Virus record (IMG/VR): IMGVR_UViG_3300031977_001585
Span: 1-64,000 of that record
Length of the DNA: 64,000 nucleotides
Reading direction: 5' to 3' (one strand)
From: a virus
Positions 29,799 to 39,633 of the stretch are shown piece after piece. The position numbers and the translations under genes were made by a program. The stretch's first letter is position 1; each line of letters starts with the position of its first letter. Below the pieces are notes generated by a model. The model saw nothing but the letters and a program-made list of their open reading frames with translations. It did no database searches and had not been told where the DNA came from.

Positions 29799-31203
29799 TG
29801 AGTCCACCGATGAATTCTTCAAATTCTTCGGGAGTCATATTTTCGGTGTCCGGTGCCTTGATATCATCAAGGTTCGGCAACTCTGGTGGTCCTTTGTGTT
29901 TCAGTTCATCGACCCCTTCCGGTATGTCGACAATGCCGTCTATTATATCCGGTAGAGCAACACTGAATGAGATCGGTAGTCCGATCAACATTAACACGTC
30001 GCACAGTGTTAGATCTAGGAACGACAGCAGTTTACCCAGACCGATTGCATCAAGGAACTTCTTGATCTTCCTGATCCAGATGTTCAGCAGTTCCTTCATG
30101 GAGATTGTCTTCCAGTCACGTGCGGCCGTTACGAGTTGGTGTACGTGCTCCTCGATAGACTCTACTGTCTTATCTATCTCTCCCCCCATGATGTCACTCA
30201 ATTTGATATTGAACGGTGCTGGTAGGGGAATGCCTAGATCCATGAGTTCATCGACAAACGCATTCTTGATCTTACCGATCTCCTTGTTGAGGTCAAAGTT
30301 CTCGAAGTCTTCCTTGAGTTGCTCTGCCTGTTGCTTGACCCTTTCGATCTCTCGATCCATCTTCTCCTTTGCCGCGTCGATCATAGAACGAATCCATTCA
30401 GCAACATCGAATGACAATGGGATAGGTAGATCGGGCAACCCTAATGCGTCCCAGATCACCTTGAACTTACCGATCAGTTTGTCGAACAGTTTGAACAAAG
30501 AGTTAGTGCAGTACTCCATGATCTCGTTTTTAATATAAGACCACGTAAGTTTTGCCTTGTACTCATCACACAGTTGTCCGAACTCTCCTTTATAGTACTG
30601 GTATTCGGCATCAACCATAGCATAGAACTTGTCGACACCTTCCTCGATCTGCTTCTTTAGTTCTTTCTGATAGTCCGGATTGGCAATCTGTAGCACATCA
30701 ATCTGTAGACCAAGTATCGATACCTCGAACTCAACAGGGATAATCTTAGAGATCATCTCCATCATCTTGACCGGAACAAAGATGTGGTATTCCTGAATCA
30801 GTTCAGTGAATGCGTCCTCTGCTTCCTTTTCCCAGTCACGTACATCTCCTTTTGACCACCACGGGGCAAACAAGTCGGAGACGGTTTCGATCGTTTTCTC
30901 GACATCCTCGACCGTACCCATGATCTCATCGTAGACTTCAGTGCCTAGGTCGAACGATTCGAGTGCTTGGATCTGTGACTGCAGTTCTGCCCTTGCATCC
31001 TCCGGAGCATTCTTAATCTGCTTCTCTAGGTCACGTATCTGTGTCTCGATTTCTTCACTCTTTCCTGAGAGGTCGAGTTTTGCAGCGTCCACGTACGACG
31101 TGATCTGAGGTGGTATGTCACTCAGTTTATTGAACAGGTTGACAATGTCTGCCTTCTTCGGTAGTCCACCACCTTCGCAAGACAGTTCAAGAGTTAAGTC
31201 CAC
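29794..31203 (-). CDS. Hypothetical alpha-helical protein downstream of gp5
   Basis: 469 aa, acidic and amphipathic, coupled to the gp5 stop. Confidence 0.7.
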   Translation of the reverse strand: MDLTLELSCEGGGLPKKADIVNLFNKLSDIPPQITSYVDAAKLDLSGKSEEIETQIRDLEKQIKNAPEDARAELQSQIQALESFDLGTEVYDEIMGTVEDVEKTIETVSDLFAPWWSKGDVRDWEKEAEDAFTELIQEYHIFVPVKMMEMISKIIPVEFEVSILGLQIDVLQIANPDYQKELKKQIEEGVDKFYAMVDAEYQYYKGEFGQLCDEYKAKLTWSYIKNEIMEYCTNSLFKLFDKLIGKFKVIWDALGLPDLPIPLSFDVAEWIRSMIDAAKEKMDREIERVKQQAEQLKEDFENFDLNKEIGKIKNAFVDELMDLGIPLPAPFNIKLSDIMGGEIDKTVESIEEHVHQLVTAARDWKTISMKELLNIWIRKIKKFLDAIGLGKLLSFLDLTLCDVLMLIGLPISFSVALPDIIDGIVDIPEGVDELKHKGPPELPNLDDIKAPDTENMTPEEFEEFIGGLI

Positions 31204-31808
31204 TAGAATGTCTTGCCATTGATACTGACACCAGCACCCGATATGAGGTTGATGCCCTTGGTTGAATCGATTGTTGTAACACCCTTGACAGTGATGTTGC
31301 AGTCATTGATCACCTCGATGATGCAGTCGTTCATCACTTTAATCTTAAGGGTACCGTCCTCTAGCATCTCGTAGTGCGTACCTGAACGATGTCTCTCTTT
31401 GATTCGTTCCTTCCCTTCGGTATCGTCATACTCTTTGTAGTGACCTCTCTCGGTCTCGTACACCTTGTTGTACGGATAGTTCTCTTCTGCCAGTGAATTG
31501 TCATCACCTTCCTTCGGCATTGCCCCGATGACCAACGGCAGCTGCGAGTTAGGTCCGTCAAGGAACATACCGAATACGTTAGTACCCACTAACAGACCAA
31601 CGTACTGTCCGGTACTCTTGTGTACCCCCTGTGTGACGGGAACAACGATCTGTGCCCACGGTAGATCTTCGGGTGCGATATCGTCATAGACACCGTACAC
31701 ACTGACCTTCACACGACCCAACTTCTTCGGATCTTTGTTGTCGACGACCTTACCGACGAACCATCGGGTCTGGTCTCCATAGTAATCAATAAAATGCTTC
31801 GGGATCAT
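31203..31808 (-). CDS. gp5: Baseplate hub/spike gp5 (OB-fold plus short beta-helix, no lysozyme domain)
   Basis: WFVGKVVD.KDP.KLGRVKV..YG, DLPWA, YPYNKVYET..GH..EYDDT.G.ERI. Confidence 0.9.
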   Translation of the reverse strand: MIPKHFIDYYGDQTRWFVGKVVDNKDPKKLGRVKVSVYGVYDDIAPEDLPWAQIVVPVTQGVHKSTGQYVGLLVGTNVFGMFLDGPNSQLPLVIGAMPKEGDDNSLAEENYPYNKVYETERGHYKEYDDTEGKERIKERHRSGTHYEMLEDGTLKIKVMNDCIIEVINDCNITVKGVTTIDSTKGINLISGAGVSINGKTF

Positions 31809-33121
31809 TCTTCGACACCACCATTAGATAATTTAACACAAGAAAGGGATACGTCATACCCCTCCGTTTTGAATGAATGTTTTGCCGCAAAGACCAAGTA
31901 GTCACCGGACTTATGCGGATCATACTTTGCTTTTTCGTCGACCATGTTCGCAGACTGGAATAGTATGCGTGTTGGGATACCAATCGTCAGATGCGACATG
32001 GTAAGATAGTCGAACCCGTCGACGGTTACGGTCATTGGATTGAATGTCATGAGGTTCTTGATCGTTCGACTGATTATATTCAATCGATATTCGGATGTCT
32101 CCTTGGATTGGTTGAACGAGTCCGTACCCTCGAACCCTTGGAACCCACCGATCTGGGTGATCACTCGACTGGTCATCTCGTTGAACGGTTCATCGTCAAC
32201 CTTAAAGTCATCGGTATAGAAACGTTTGCGGCCTAGCAATCCATCCTTGTCTAATGGTTCCATCACGTGCTTCACGATATCGAACCCTACTTCGGTTGAC
32301 TTATCTGCAAGTACATCGTAGTACTGATACTTGGAACCGATCAGTGCCTTGTCGATCATATCCAATAGGTTCGATGTCGATCGATGGTCGTGGTTCTTGA
32401 TGACACGTCGACGTTGAGTTGCTCCTGCATTGCTAGAGGCATTGTTTACGTAGGGCACACCATCCTTACCTCCGTTCCACGGTCCTAGTTGCATCATGGT
32501 CTTGATATCGAGTAGGTACAGTTTGTCGTCGTTCAGTCGAGAGTGTAGGTAGAACGGATACCCTTCGGTCGTCGTCATGCGGTTCTTCACCCAACATATT
32601 GCATCGATCGGAGTGAGATTCGGTATGATCATCTTCATGTCTTGGATGTCGTTAGCAGTGCCCTTGACATCCTTTCCAACGAACTCCTTAGCAATCTTTG
32701 CGACAATGGTCGACGGTGTACCGGAGTAACTCTTGTTGACATTCTTGAGGTTAGACTCATACCAGTGCGCCTCGATAAGGTGCACGATGAACACTTCGGT
32801 ATCTTCGTTCTGATCGGCACGTGAGGACATCAAGATCTTGTCAATGCGGAACGTCTTGTCAACGTAAGGCATCATGATCTTAGGATCGTCAGTAAAGTAG
32901 TCGATCTTTACCGTCACGACATCACTGCTACGAATATCGAAGTCAGTCATGATTGCACGAGTGTCTGTGAACATCATCGTCGCAGTGAGATACGGTTTGT
33001 CTAGGTGCTCGAAGATATCGATATCGGTCACTAAGTACTTGATATCAATAGTTGTATCGTACGAACTTGAATGTAAAACAACCGACTCAAGTTTGTACGG
33101 AGTGTTCTGCTCGACAGTCAT
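31805..33121 (-). CDS. Putative baseplate hub protein (gp27-like)
   Basis: Position between gp53 and gp5; IDIFE...PYLT start and SGDYLV...KH.F end typical of hub proteins. Confidence 0.6.
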   Translation of the reverse strand: MTVEQNTPYKLESVVLHSSSYDTTIDIKYLVTDIDIFEHLDKPYLTATMMFTDTRAIMTDFDIRSSDVVTVKIDYFTDDPKIMMPYVDKTFRIDKILMSSRADQNEDTEVFIVHLIEAHWYESNLKNVNKSYSGTPSTIVAKIAKEFVGKDVKGTANDIQDMKMIIPNLTPIDAICWVKNRMTTTEGYPFYLHSRLNDDKLYLLDIKTMMQLGPWNGGKDGVPYVNNASSNAGATQRRRVIKNHDHRSTSNLLDMIDKALIGSKYQYYDVLADKSTEVGFDIVKHVMEPLDKDGLLGRKRFYTDDFKVDDEPFNEMTSRVITQIGGFQGFEGTDSFNQSKETSEYRLNIISRTIKNLMTFNPMTVTVDGFDYLTMSHLTIGIPTRILFQSANMVDEKAKYDPHKSGDYLVFAAKHSFKTEGYDVSLSCVKLSNGGVEE

Positions 33122-33123
33122 AA

Positions 33124-33870
33124 TTAACCTATTGCGTCACGGAATGCCTTCACTACGTCACCGACGGCCGATTCCTTGAGTGCTCGAATTCTTCTTAGTT
33201 CGTTGTTGGTTGTTCTATAGTAGTCGTAGTGACTGACCTGTGCTGGTGTGACGACCTCATTATCAATCGTCGTGTGCTTCCCTGTGTAAGGATCGATGTC
33301 TACCTGTTCACCGTTGTACGTGTGATACTTAGTCGATAGATATTGAGGTTCGATCGAGTAGGCAGTCAGTGTCTGAATCTCTTCGGACTCACCAACCACC
33401 GATGTGAGGTCTTCACCGGACGATGCGAACGTGCCTTCGTATACCTCGATCACGAGTTGACCTAGGTTCACATCACGTGATAGGACTCTACCTGACGCAC
33501 CTGACGTTTGCCCTGTGACCAACTGACCGACGAACATCTTGTCTAGCATGTTTTGGTTAGTGTTTACTACGGTATGTGGTAGATCCTTCTTCACCTGATC
33601 GAGCACTTGAATGTCCGTGCGAGGCCATCCACACTCTCGTAGATCCGGATTCATGAGGTAGAACGTCCAGTGCAACTGTGGGTTATTGTACAGTTTGTAT
33701 GCGACGTGGTCTGCACGTTCACCGTGTTGGATGTAATAGTCGACATAGAAGGAGTCGTTCACTCGCAAGGTGTCTAGAACCTCTGCGTATACCGTTAGGT
33801 CTTCGGTAAAACTCAGTTCGTCGGCATCTCCGAATCGATATGACGTGTACGGAAACATTTTGAAAAACAT
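33124..33870 (-). CDS. gp53: Baseplate wedge gp53
   Basis: MFFK.FP..SY, Y.IQ.GERAD.VAYKLY....HW (LysM-like), NE.RRI. Confidence 0.88.
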   Translation of the reverse strand: MFFKMFPYTSYRFGDADELSFTEDLTVYAEVLDTLRVNDSFYVDYYIQHGERADHVAYKLYNNPQLHWTFYLMNPDLRECGWPRTDIQVLDQVKKDLPHTVVNTNQNMLDKMFVGQLVTGQTSGASGRVLSRDVNLGQLVIEVYEGTFASSGEDLTSVVGESEEIQTLTAYSIEPQYLSTKYHTYNGEQVDIDPYTGKHTTIDNEVVTPAQVSHYDYYRTTNNELRRIRALKESAVGDVVKAFRDAIG

Positions 33871-35201
33871 TAGTAACCCTCCTCAATGTCTGTTCTGTTG
33901 AGTGCGATATCTTCCTTAAAGGTAAGTGCTAGATCATACTCTACTGGACGACCGTCTTTATGGTATGCCATGCTGGACGGGTTATAGTTAGTTGCAATAC
34001 TCTCTAGGTAGCACTTCTTGATCTTGGTACCGATTTGTACTTCGTTACCCTCAGAGTCTGTCGACGTGAGTTCGATGTTGAACATCCACGGATATTTGTA
34101 ACCGACGATCGTACCACCTCGGGCATTGATCGGTTCTGGGAATGCATAGTGACGGAAACGATAGATGATTGCTTCGACCATCTCTGCTTCTGCCTCACTC
34201 ACGGGAATGAACTTGAACTGGAATTGGAACTGACGTAGGTTTACACCCTTGAACATTGCACGGGTGTTCGGGTTGATCGTTACCTGTGCGGCAAGGCTCA
34301 TTGCTCCACGTAGTTCATCCGGTATTGCTTTACCTACCAGACTCTGTGCTCCACGTAGTGCGGCAACCTTAGCAAGATCATTTCCGTCGGTAGTGCCAGA
34401 GAACAAATCACCGATTGACTTGAATCCATTAACCAATGCCTGACCTATAACACCCGTCATCGTGCTACCACTATTGAATGCATTCAATGCAGCCGCACCT
34501 GACATACCTAAGTCAACGTTAGTGTACTGCATAGCATCGTTTACTGCAAACCCGACAGGTAGGTAGAGAGCAATCTGTTCTGCTACTTGGGGTTGAGTTT
34601 CCGGTGCCATTTCCGGTGCGTTCTCATCACCTGCTTCTCCGGACTTAGGTTTGTCCCCTTCACTCATTTCCTTGAGAGTCTTGTCTGCAGCTGCCTTCTC
34701 TGCTTCACATGCATCTAGTTCGTTCTGTGTCTGTTTGATCTCAGTCTGACACTCATTATATTCTTTTTCTGCTTGAAGTGCCTTAGCATTATCCATCCTA
34801 CCTTGACCTTCAGATTTGACTTCATTGATTGTATCTTCTGCGTCTTGGGCACGTGCTTTAAGTTCTGTCAGTTTTGCCTGCAAGTTCTTCTTTCTCTCTT
34901 CGAACTCATCGGTAATCTTCTTTGACTTTTCATGTTTCTTTGCAATCCCATCAACGCTTTCTTTACCTGCCTCTACTGTCGATAGAGTCTTGACAGGTTC
35001 GAATAGAATTTTAGTAGGGCATCGTTTACCGGCAGTTGTGCCGTCGGCAGGATACTGCAGTTTACCAGACTTCTGCTTGTTCTTCTTCTTTGCCTTGGTT
35101 TCGGTAGGACCGTCTTCACTACCACCTGCTGCGCGTCGTAGTTGTTCGGGGGTTAGTTTGTCCCCAACCTCCACATCAAAGATGTCGTCGTTATCTGCCA
35201 T
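33870..35201 (-). CDS. gp48: Baseplate tail-tube cap gp48 with coiled-coil insertion
   Basis: IALYLP, INPN...FKGV.LRQFQF.FKF.P....EA, C.L.SI..NY.P, L.F.E. Confidence 0.85.
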   Translation of the reverse strand: MADNDDIFDVEVGDKLTPEQLRRAAGGSEDGPTETKAKKKNKQKSGKLQYPADGTTAGKRCPTKILFEPVKTLSTVEAGKESVDGIAKKHEKSKKITDEFEERKKNLQAKLTELKARAQDAEDTINEVKSEGQGRMDNAKALQAEKEYNECQTEIKQTQNELDACEAEKAAADKTLKEMSEGDKPKSGEAGDENAPEMAPETQPQVAEQIALYLPVGFAVNDAMQYTNVDLGMSGAAALNAFNSGSTMTGVIGQALVNGFKSIGDLFSGTTDGNDLAKVAALRGAQSLVGKAIPDELRGAMSLAAQVTINPNTRAMFKGVNLRQFQFQFKFIPVSEAEAEMVEAIIYRFRHYAFPEPINARGGTIVGYKYPWMFNIELTSTDSEGNEVQIGTKIKKCYLESIATNYNPSSMAYHKDGRPVEYDLALTFKEDIALNRTDIEEGY

Positions 35202-35217
35202 GAGAGAATCTCGTGTC

Positions 35218-35242
35218 TATAAATATGATTTAACTATTTATA
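35218..35242. promoter_or_regulatory. Overlapping divergent late promoters
   Basis: TATAAATA on plus at 35218-35225 (gp4) and on minus at 35235-35242 (gp48). Confidence 0.85.
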
Positions 35243-35254
35243 CACGAAATCCAA

Positions 35255-35767
35255 ATGAAGACTTACAAGGGACGATACAAACCAAGCAACCCGTCGAAGT
35301 ACGTAGGTGACATCGACAACGTGGTGTATCGTTCGGGGTGGGAACGTCACGTAATGAAGTGGTGTGACACCAACCCCGATGTCGAACAATGGATGTCCGA
35401 AGAACTAATTATACCATACATATGTGAGACTGACAAGAAACCTCACCGATACTTTATGGACTTTGTGATCAAGTATCGATCCGGTCGAGTGACACTGGTT
35501 GAAGTCAAACCAGAGAAAGAGACCAAACGTCCAGAGAGGACGCAAGGCAAGTCACGACAGAGACTGCTCAGTGAGGGTCTCACCTACGTTAAGAATCAGT
35601 CCAAGTGGAAGGCTGCATCCGAATACGCAAAGGATCGGGGATACCACTTCGAGATCTGGACAGAGAAAGAACTCACCGCAATGGGCATCATGCCCAAGTC
35701 GACGCAACGCATGCGTACTAAGAAACCCCTGAAAAAATTACCCCCGTTCAGAAAAAAGAAAAAATGA
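35255..35767 (+). CDS. gp4: Head completion nuclease gp4
   Basis: YKGRYKP.NP.KY.GD...VVYRS.WE, HRYF.DF, EVKP, KW.AA. Confidence 0.95.
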   Translation: MKTYKGRYKPSNPSKYVGDIDNVVYRSGWERHVMKWCDTNPDVEQWMSEELIIPYICETDKKPHRYFMDFVIKYRSGRVTLVEVKPEKETKRPERTQGKSRQRLLSEGLTYVKNQSKWKAASEYAKDRGYHFEIWTEKELTAMGIMPKSTQRMRTKKPLKKLPPFRKKKK

Positions 35768-35768
35768 G

Positions 35769-35776
35769 TATAAATA
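35769..35776 (+). promoter_or_regulatory. T4-type late promoter
   Basis: TATAAATA upstream of gp2. Confidence 0.85.
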
Positions 35777-35807
35777 GAACCATTAGGTCTTAACAGAACG
35801 GATACAC

Positions 35808-36407
35808 ATGTCTAACATCTTTCAACGACTAGAGTTACAGGCGTTCCGTGCTGGGGTCACTCCACGTACCAAGGAGTCCCGTGCATGGTTTCAAAAGAAA
35901 ATTAAGAACCTTCGTAGCATCAATCGTGAAGAACTAATGAAAGAAGATCCCCTGAAGCAGACTTCAGAGGAGATTGTGGGTAGTATGTACATGTTCTTCT
36001 ATGACCCAAAGTTCAAGAACGATCGAGTCAAACTACCGTACTTCGATTCGTTCCCTTTGGTTGTAGTTGTCGGTCCAGCAAAGGGTGGGTTCTTGGGGTT
36101 AAACCTCCACTATCTACCTCCAGTGCTACGAGCAAAGATGCTCGACGCATTGATGGATATCACCAACAACGAGAAGTTCGATAAAACGACTCGGTTCAAG
36201 ATGTCGTATGAGTTGCTGGTTAAGACAAGCAAATTAAAATACTTCAAGCCGTGCCTCAAGCACTACTTGAACGAACATGTCCAGAGTAGATTCGCAATGG
36301 TACCTCCACCAGAGTGGGAGATTGCTACGTTCTTGCCAACACAGCAGTTCCGTTATGCAAGCAATGCGAAGGTCTACTACGACTCGAAACAGATGATAGG
36401 TGACTAA
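35808..36407 (+). CDS. gp2: DNA end protector gp2
   Basis: G.MYMFFYDPK, LPYFD.FPL, GLNLHYLPP..R, PC.K.YL. Confidence 0.95.
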   Translation: MSNIFQRLELQAFRAGVTPRTKESRAWFQKKIKNLRSINREELMKEDPLKQTSEEIVGSMYMFFYDPKFKNDRVKLPYFDSFPLVVVVGPAKGGFLGLNLHYLPPVLRAKMLDALMDITNNEKFDKTTRFKMSYELLVKTSKLKYFKPCLKHYLNEHVQSRFAMVPPPEWEIATFLPTQQFRYASNAKVYYDSKQMIGD

Positions 36408-36409
36408 TC

Positions 36410-37039
36410 GTGGCAGGGATAGAAGAATTAAAGAGCAAGGTGATCTCGAAGAATGGTATGGCATTCTCGAACCAGTTCGGGATCGAGTTGCCTAGCATAG
36501 GTTCAGAAGACAAAGACACCCTGAACATCCTATGTAAGACTGCTGAACTTCCTGGTAAACAGATCACTACACTTGACCGTAATATAGGATTGCAGTTTGA
36601 AAAAGTAGTAAATGGATTTGCGGTTGCTGACGTTACGGTATCATTCATCATGCTGAATGACTACGGTGTCAAGAAATACTTTGACAAGTGGCAGAGTCTT
36701 ATGGTAGACGAAGAGGGTGGTCGTGTAGCATATAAGACAGACTACGCAAAGAAGATCACCATCCACCAGTTGTCAAAACCGCAAGTACGACTAGGATTCG
36801 ACCTAGGTCCACTTGATTTCAATTTCGATCTTTTCGGCAACTCTATATACAGTGTAGAGTTAGAGGACGCATTCCCGACATCGATCAATGCAATCTCTCT
36901 AGCAAACGACGCAGACCAGTTGGTTGAGTTCTCAGTGCAGTTCTCATTCACTCGATGGTCTGTCAAGCAAGACAAACGTGATAGTCTATCAGACATCATT
37001 GACGCTAAATTTAACGTGAACTTGGGCAAGTACATTTAA
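36410..37039 (+). CDS. Tail tube initiator (gp54/gp19-like)
   Basis: LC..AELPG, FDKWQ, Y..DY, L.DAFPTSI..ISL. Confidence 0.75.
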   Translation: MAGIEELKSKVISKNGMAFSNQFGIELPSIGSEDKDTLNILCKTAELPGKQITTLDRNIGLQFEKVVNGFAVADVTVSFIMLNDYGVKKYFDKWQSLMVDEEGGRVAYKTDYAKKITIHQLSKPQVRLGFDLGPLDFNFDLFGNSIYSVELEDAFPTSINAISLANDADQLVEFSVQFSFTRWSVKQDKRDSLSDIIDAKFNVNLGKYI

Positions 37040-37054
37040 ATTATAGGATAAATT

Positions 37055-37762
37055 ATGGCATTACCAAAACTAAACGATAATCCTAGTTATAGGGTTACGG
37101 TACCGTCGACGGGGCAAGAAACTTCGTTCCGTCCGTTCTTGGTCAAAGAGCAAAAGGCATTGTTGATTGCATATGAGACACAAGACAAGAAGGATATGAT
37201 TCGTGCTGTTTTAAGAACGATCGAAGCATGTGTTGAAGAACCGTTAAAGGGAAATCTTACTACATTCGATGTAGACTATCTGTTCACGAAGATCCGTGCT
37301 AAGTCTGTCGGTGAAACTGCGGACATTCAAGTAAAGTGTTCGAAGTGTGAAGCAGTAAATGAAGTATCGGTTGAATTGGACGAAGTTGTGATGTCCGGTG
37401 AGGTTTCCGAAAATGTTATCGCACTCAATGATGACGTATCTATTGAAATGAGATACCCGACCTACGAGCAATTTATGGACAGTCAAACCTTGCTCGAAGA
37501 CGGTTCTCCAACAGAGACCTTAATGGATCTTTTGGTGGTTTGCATGGATAGTGTGTTGACAGAAGAAGAACGTATCGATATGTCCGGAGAAACTCGGGAG
37601 TCGATCAATGAGTTCTTAGAGTCGATGACTGCAGATCAGTTCGAACGAGTCACGACATTCGTAAGTAATATGCCTACAGTTTCGCAGGACATAGTCTTCA
37701 AGTGTACCTCATGTAAGACTAAGAACACACGAACCCTCAAGGGGATGGATGATTTTTTTTAA
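37055..37762 (+). CDS. gp26: Baseplate hub assembly chaperone gp26
   Basis: MALPKL..P.Y...PSTG....RPFLVKE.K.LL, FDVDYLF..IRAKSVGE, two CxxC, ends G..DFF. Confidence 0.92.
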   Translation: MALPKLNDNPSYRVTVPSTGQETSFRPFLVKEQKALLIAYETQDKKDMIRAVLRTIEACVEEPLKGNLTTFDVDYLFTKIRAKSVGETADIQVKCSKCEAVNEVSVELDEVVMSGEVSENVIALNDDVSIEMRYPTYEQFMDSQTLLEDGSPTETLMDLLVVCMDSVLTEEERIDMSGETRESINEFLESMTADQFERVTTFVSNMPTVSQDIVFKCTSCKTKNTRTLKGMDDFF

Positions 37763-37944
37763 TAAACCTCTCTCACGATAACTTGATGAACTACTATCAA
37801 GTCAATTTCCAACTACTAACAAATTTCAGTTACTCGTTGGATGAAGTCGAAAGAATGATACCGTGGGAGAGAGAAATTTATTTGACGATGCTAATCGAAG
37901 ACATCAAAGAGAAGAACGAAAGAGCAAAGCAACAACAAGGATAA
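37759..37944 (+). CDS. gp51: Baseplate hub assembly catalyst gp51 (ATG at 37786, or reached by -1 frameshift)
   Basis: Missed by the ORF track; LSHDNLMNYYQVNFQLL..FSYSLDEVERMIPWEREIY..ML. Confidence 0.88.
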   Translation, partial: LINLSHDNLMNYYQVNFQLLTNFSYSLDEVERMIPWEREIYLTMLIEDIKEKNERAKQQQG

Positions 37945-37948
37945 AAAA

Positions 37949-39601
37949 ATGGCAGCCACTCTTGATTCTGTTGTACAAGAACTTCAAACGCAGAGAACCG
38001 AAAATAAGACCAATTCGGAATCTGTTACTGAAGTTATGGGAGACGTACGCAATCGTGTAGGGATGTCTAACAGCACTCTGCTTGACATGGTTGGTAATGT
38101 TCGTCGTCTCGATAGAAATATCATCGCAATAAAGAATGCTCCAAACGGAATGTCAGATGATTTAGTAAATGCTCTTGTCCCTTTGCGTATAGGTATCATG
38201 ACACTAGTTGCTGATACTAAAAGCATGTTAAGGGCAGTCACCTCTCCACCTCCAGTAAACCCAGACGATTTAGAAACAGCAAGAGACGACGCATCATATA
38301 AATCCAACGTGCTCAAGTTGTTGACTGAAATTCGTGACCGTAGTAGTAGTGGAAACTCCAACGACGACGACGACGAACCAAGTAATTCTCCTAGGAGATC
38401 TGGTGGTGCATTGGGTGTTCTTATTGGTCCTGCCGCAACACTTGCGGTTATATTAGGATCATTAGCAGGTGCAGCTGCTGGCATAACAAAACCTCTTCGA
38501 ATGATGGCGGGTGCAGTTGGTAGACTCTTAAAATCAATGAGTCCTCAATTCATTAAAGACTTTGCAAAACGAATAAAAACTTTTGCTGTCGATATGGGAA
38601 AGAGAGCAAGGGATGTCTTCGTTGCATTCGTTACCACTGTTAAATCTACTGCTAGTATGATAGGCAACACTATAAAAGCAGTGGTTGTAGAAAGTAAACT
38701 TGGGCAGACAGTAAGTCGTGTTAAGGATGGATTTAAATCACTTGCGGCACCATTCAAAACCCTAGGAGATACTTTGGGTAGAGGAAAGGGGATGCTAAGT
38801 GGTATCGTACAACCGTTTCAAAAATTTGGTGGGTTCTTCAAATCCTTTGTGGGTACAATCGGTGCGGTCTTTAAAATTGTAGGAAAATTATTTGCTCCAC
38901 TATCTGCTATCATCATCATAGGTAAAAATATTGTTAGTGATTTGATGAGTGGTGACTTTGGATTCGGTACCATAAAAAATATCATCGATGATCTCATAAA
39001 ATTCTTCGTCACCGATTTGCTTGATTTGATTAAAGGAGCATTTGCTTGGATCGCAGAAAAACTTGGGTTTGACGGCATAGCAGAATCTTTAAACTCTTTC
39101 AGTTTCTCGGGACTGTATCAAAAATTATCAGACACTATCTCAGACACCATCGGTGGTTTCTTTGATGCCTTTAAAGATGAAGGTGGGAAACTAAATTTTG
39201 GTAAGATGATAGGATTTGTTCTACAAAAATTTATCTCTGTAGCAACGTCTATTCCACGAGCAATATTGAGAGGACTTGCAACAGCCGCAGAAGAGTACCT
39301 CCCAGACTTTTTAAGTTCCAAAGTTGCGGATGGTCTAAGGGGAATGGAAGGTAAACTTGATAAAGCATTCGGTATCGATGCGGACGTAAGTGGAGCAATT
39401 GCCGCACGTAAGTCTGCTCGTGCGGCAGAACTGAATGAGGCAACTCAAGAGTCAGATGAGTTGAAAAGAACTGCTGGCAACGTCACCATCATGGACAACT
39501 CTCAGAAGAATACTGTCTCCGGTGGTGGGGGTGGTGGATCACCGTCACTGGGTACGTCGTCTGCAACAGACGCACACGATCCAGCAACAAGTCACATATA
39601 A
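37949..39601 (+). CDS. Tape-measure-like protein (gp29 position)
   Basis: 550 aa, helical with Gly/hydrophobic amphipathic repeats, follows gp26/gp51. Confidence 0.7.
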   Translation: MAATLDSVVQELQTQRTENKTNSESVTEVMGDVRNRVGMSNSTLLDMVGNVRRLDRNIIAIKNAPNGMSDDLVNALVPLRIGIMTLVADTKSMLRAVTSPPPVNPDDLETARDDASYKSNVLKLLTEIRDRSSSGNSNDDDDEPSNSPRRSGGALGVLIGPAATLAVILGSLAGAAAGITKPLRMMAGAVGRLLKSMSPQFIKDFAKRIKTFAVDMGKRARDVFVAFVTTVKSTASMIGNTIKAVVVESKLGQTVSRVKDGFKSLAAPFKTLGDTLGRGKGMLSGIVQPFQKFGGFFKSFVGTIGAVFKIVGKLFAPLSAIIIIGKNIVSDLMSGDFGFGTIKNIIDDLIKFFVTDLLDLIKGAFAWIAEKLGFDGIAESLNSFSFSGLYQKLSDTISDTIGGFFDAFKDEGGKLNFGKMIGFVLQKFISVATSIPRAILRGLATAAEEYLPDFLSSKVADGLRGMEGKLDKAFGIDADVSGAIAARKSARAAELNEATQESDELKRTAGNVTIMDNSQKNTVSGGGGGGSPSLGTSSATDAHDPATSHI

Positions 39602-39633
39602 GAAAAAGGGGACTCGATGTCCCCTTATTTTTT
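39601..39633. terminator. Bidirectional intrinsic terminator
   Basis: AAAAAGGGGAC-TCGAT-GTCCCCTTATTTTTT between convergent genes. Confidence 0.85.

Noticed and set aside
27584-30538. Long plus-strand ORFs 27584-28408 and 29651-30538 (and similar antisense ORFs elsewhere)
   Set aside because: Antisense to well-supported genes; Ser/Ile-rich composition typical of shadow frames.
37863-38060. 65-aa track ORF between gp26 and the tape measure
   Set aside because: Wrong frame; the recognisable gp51 sequence is in the frame ending at 37944.
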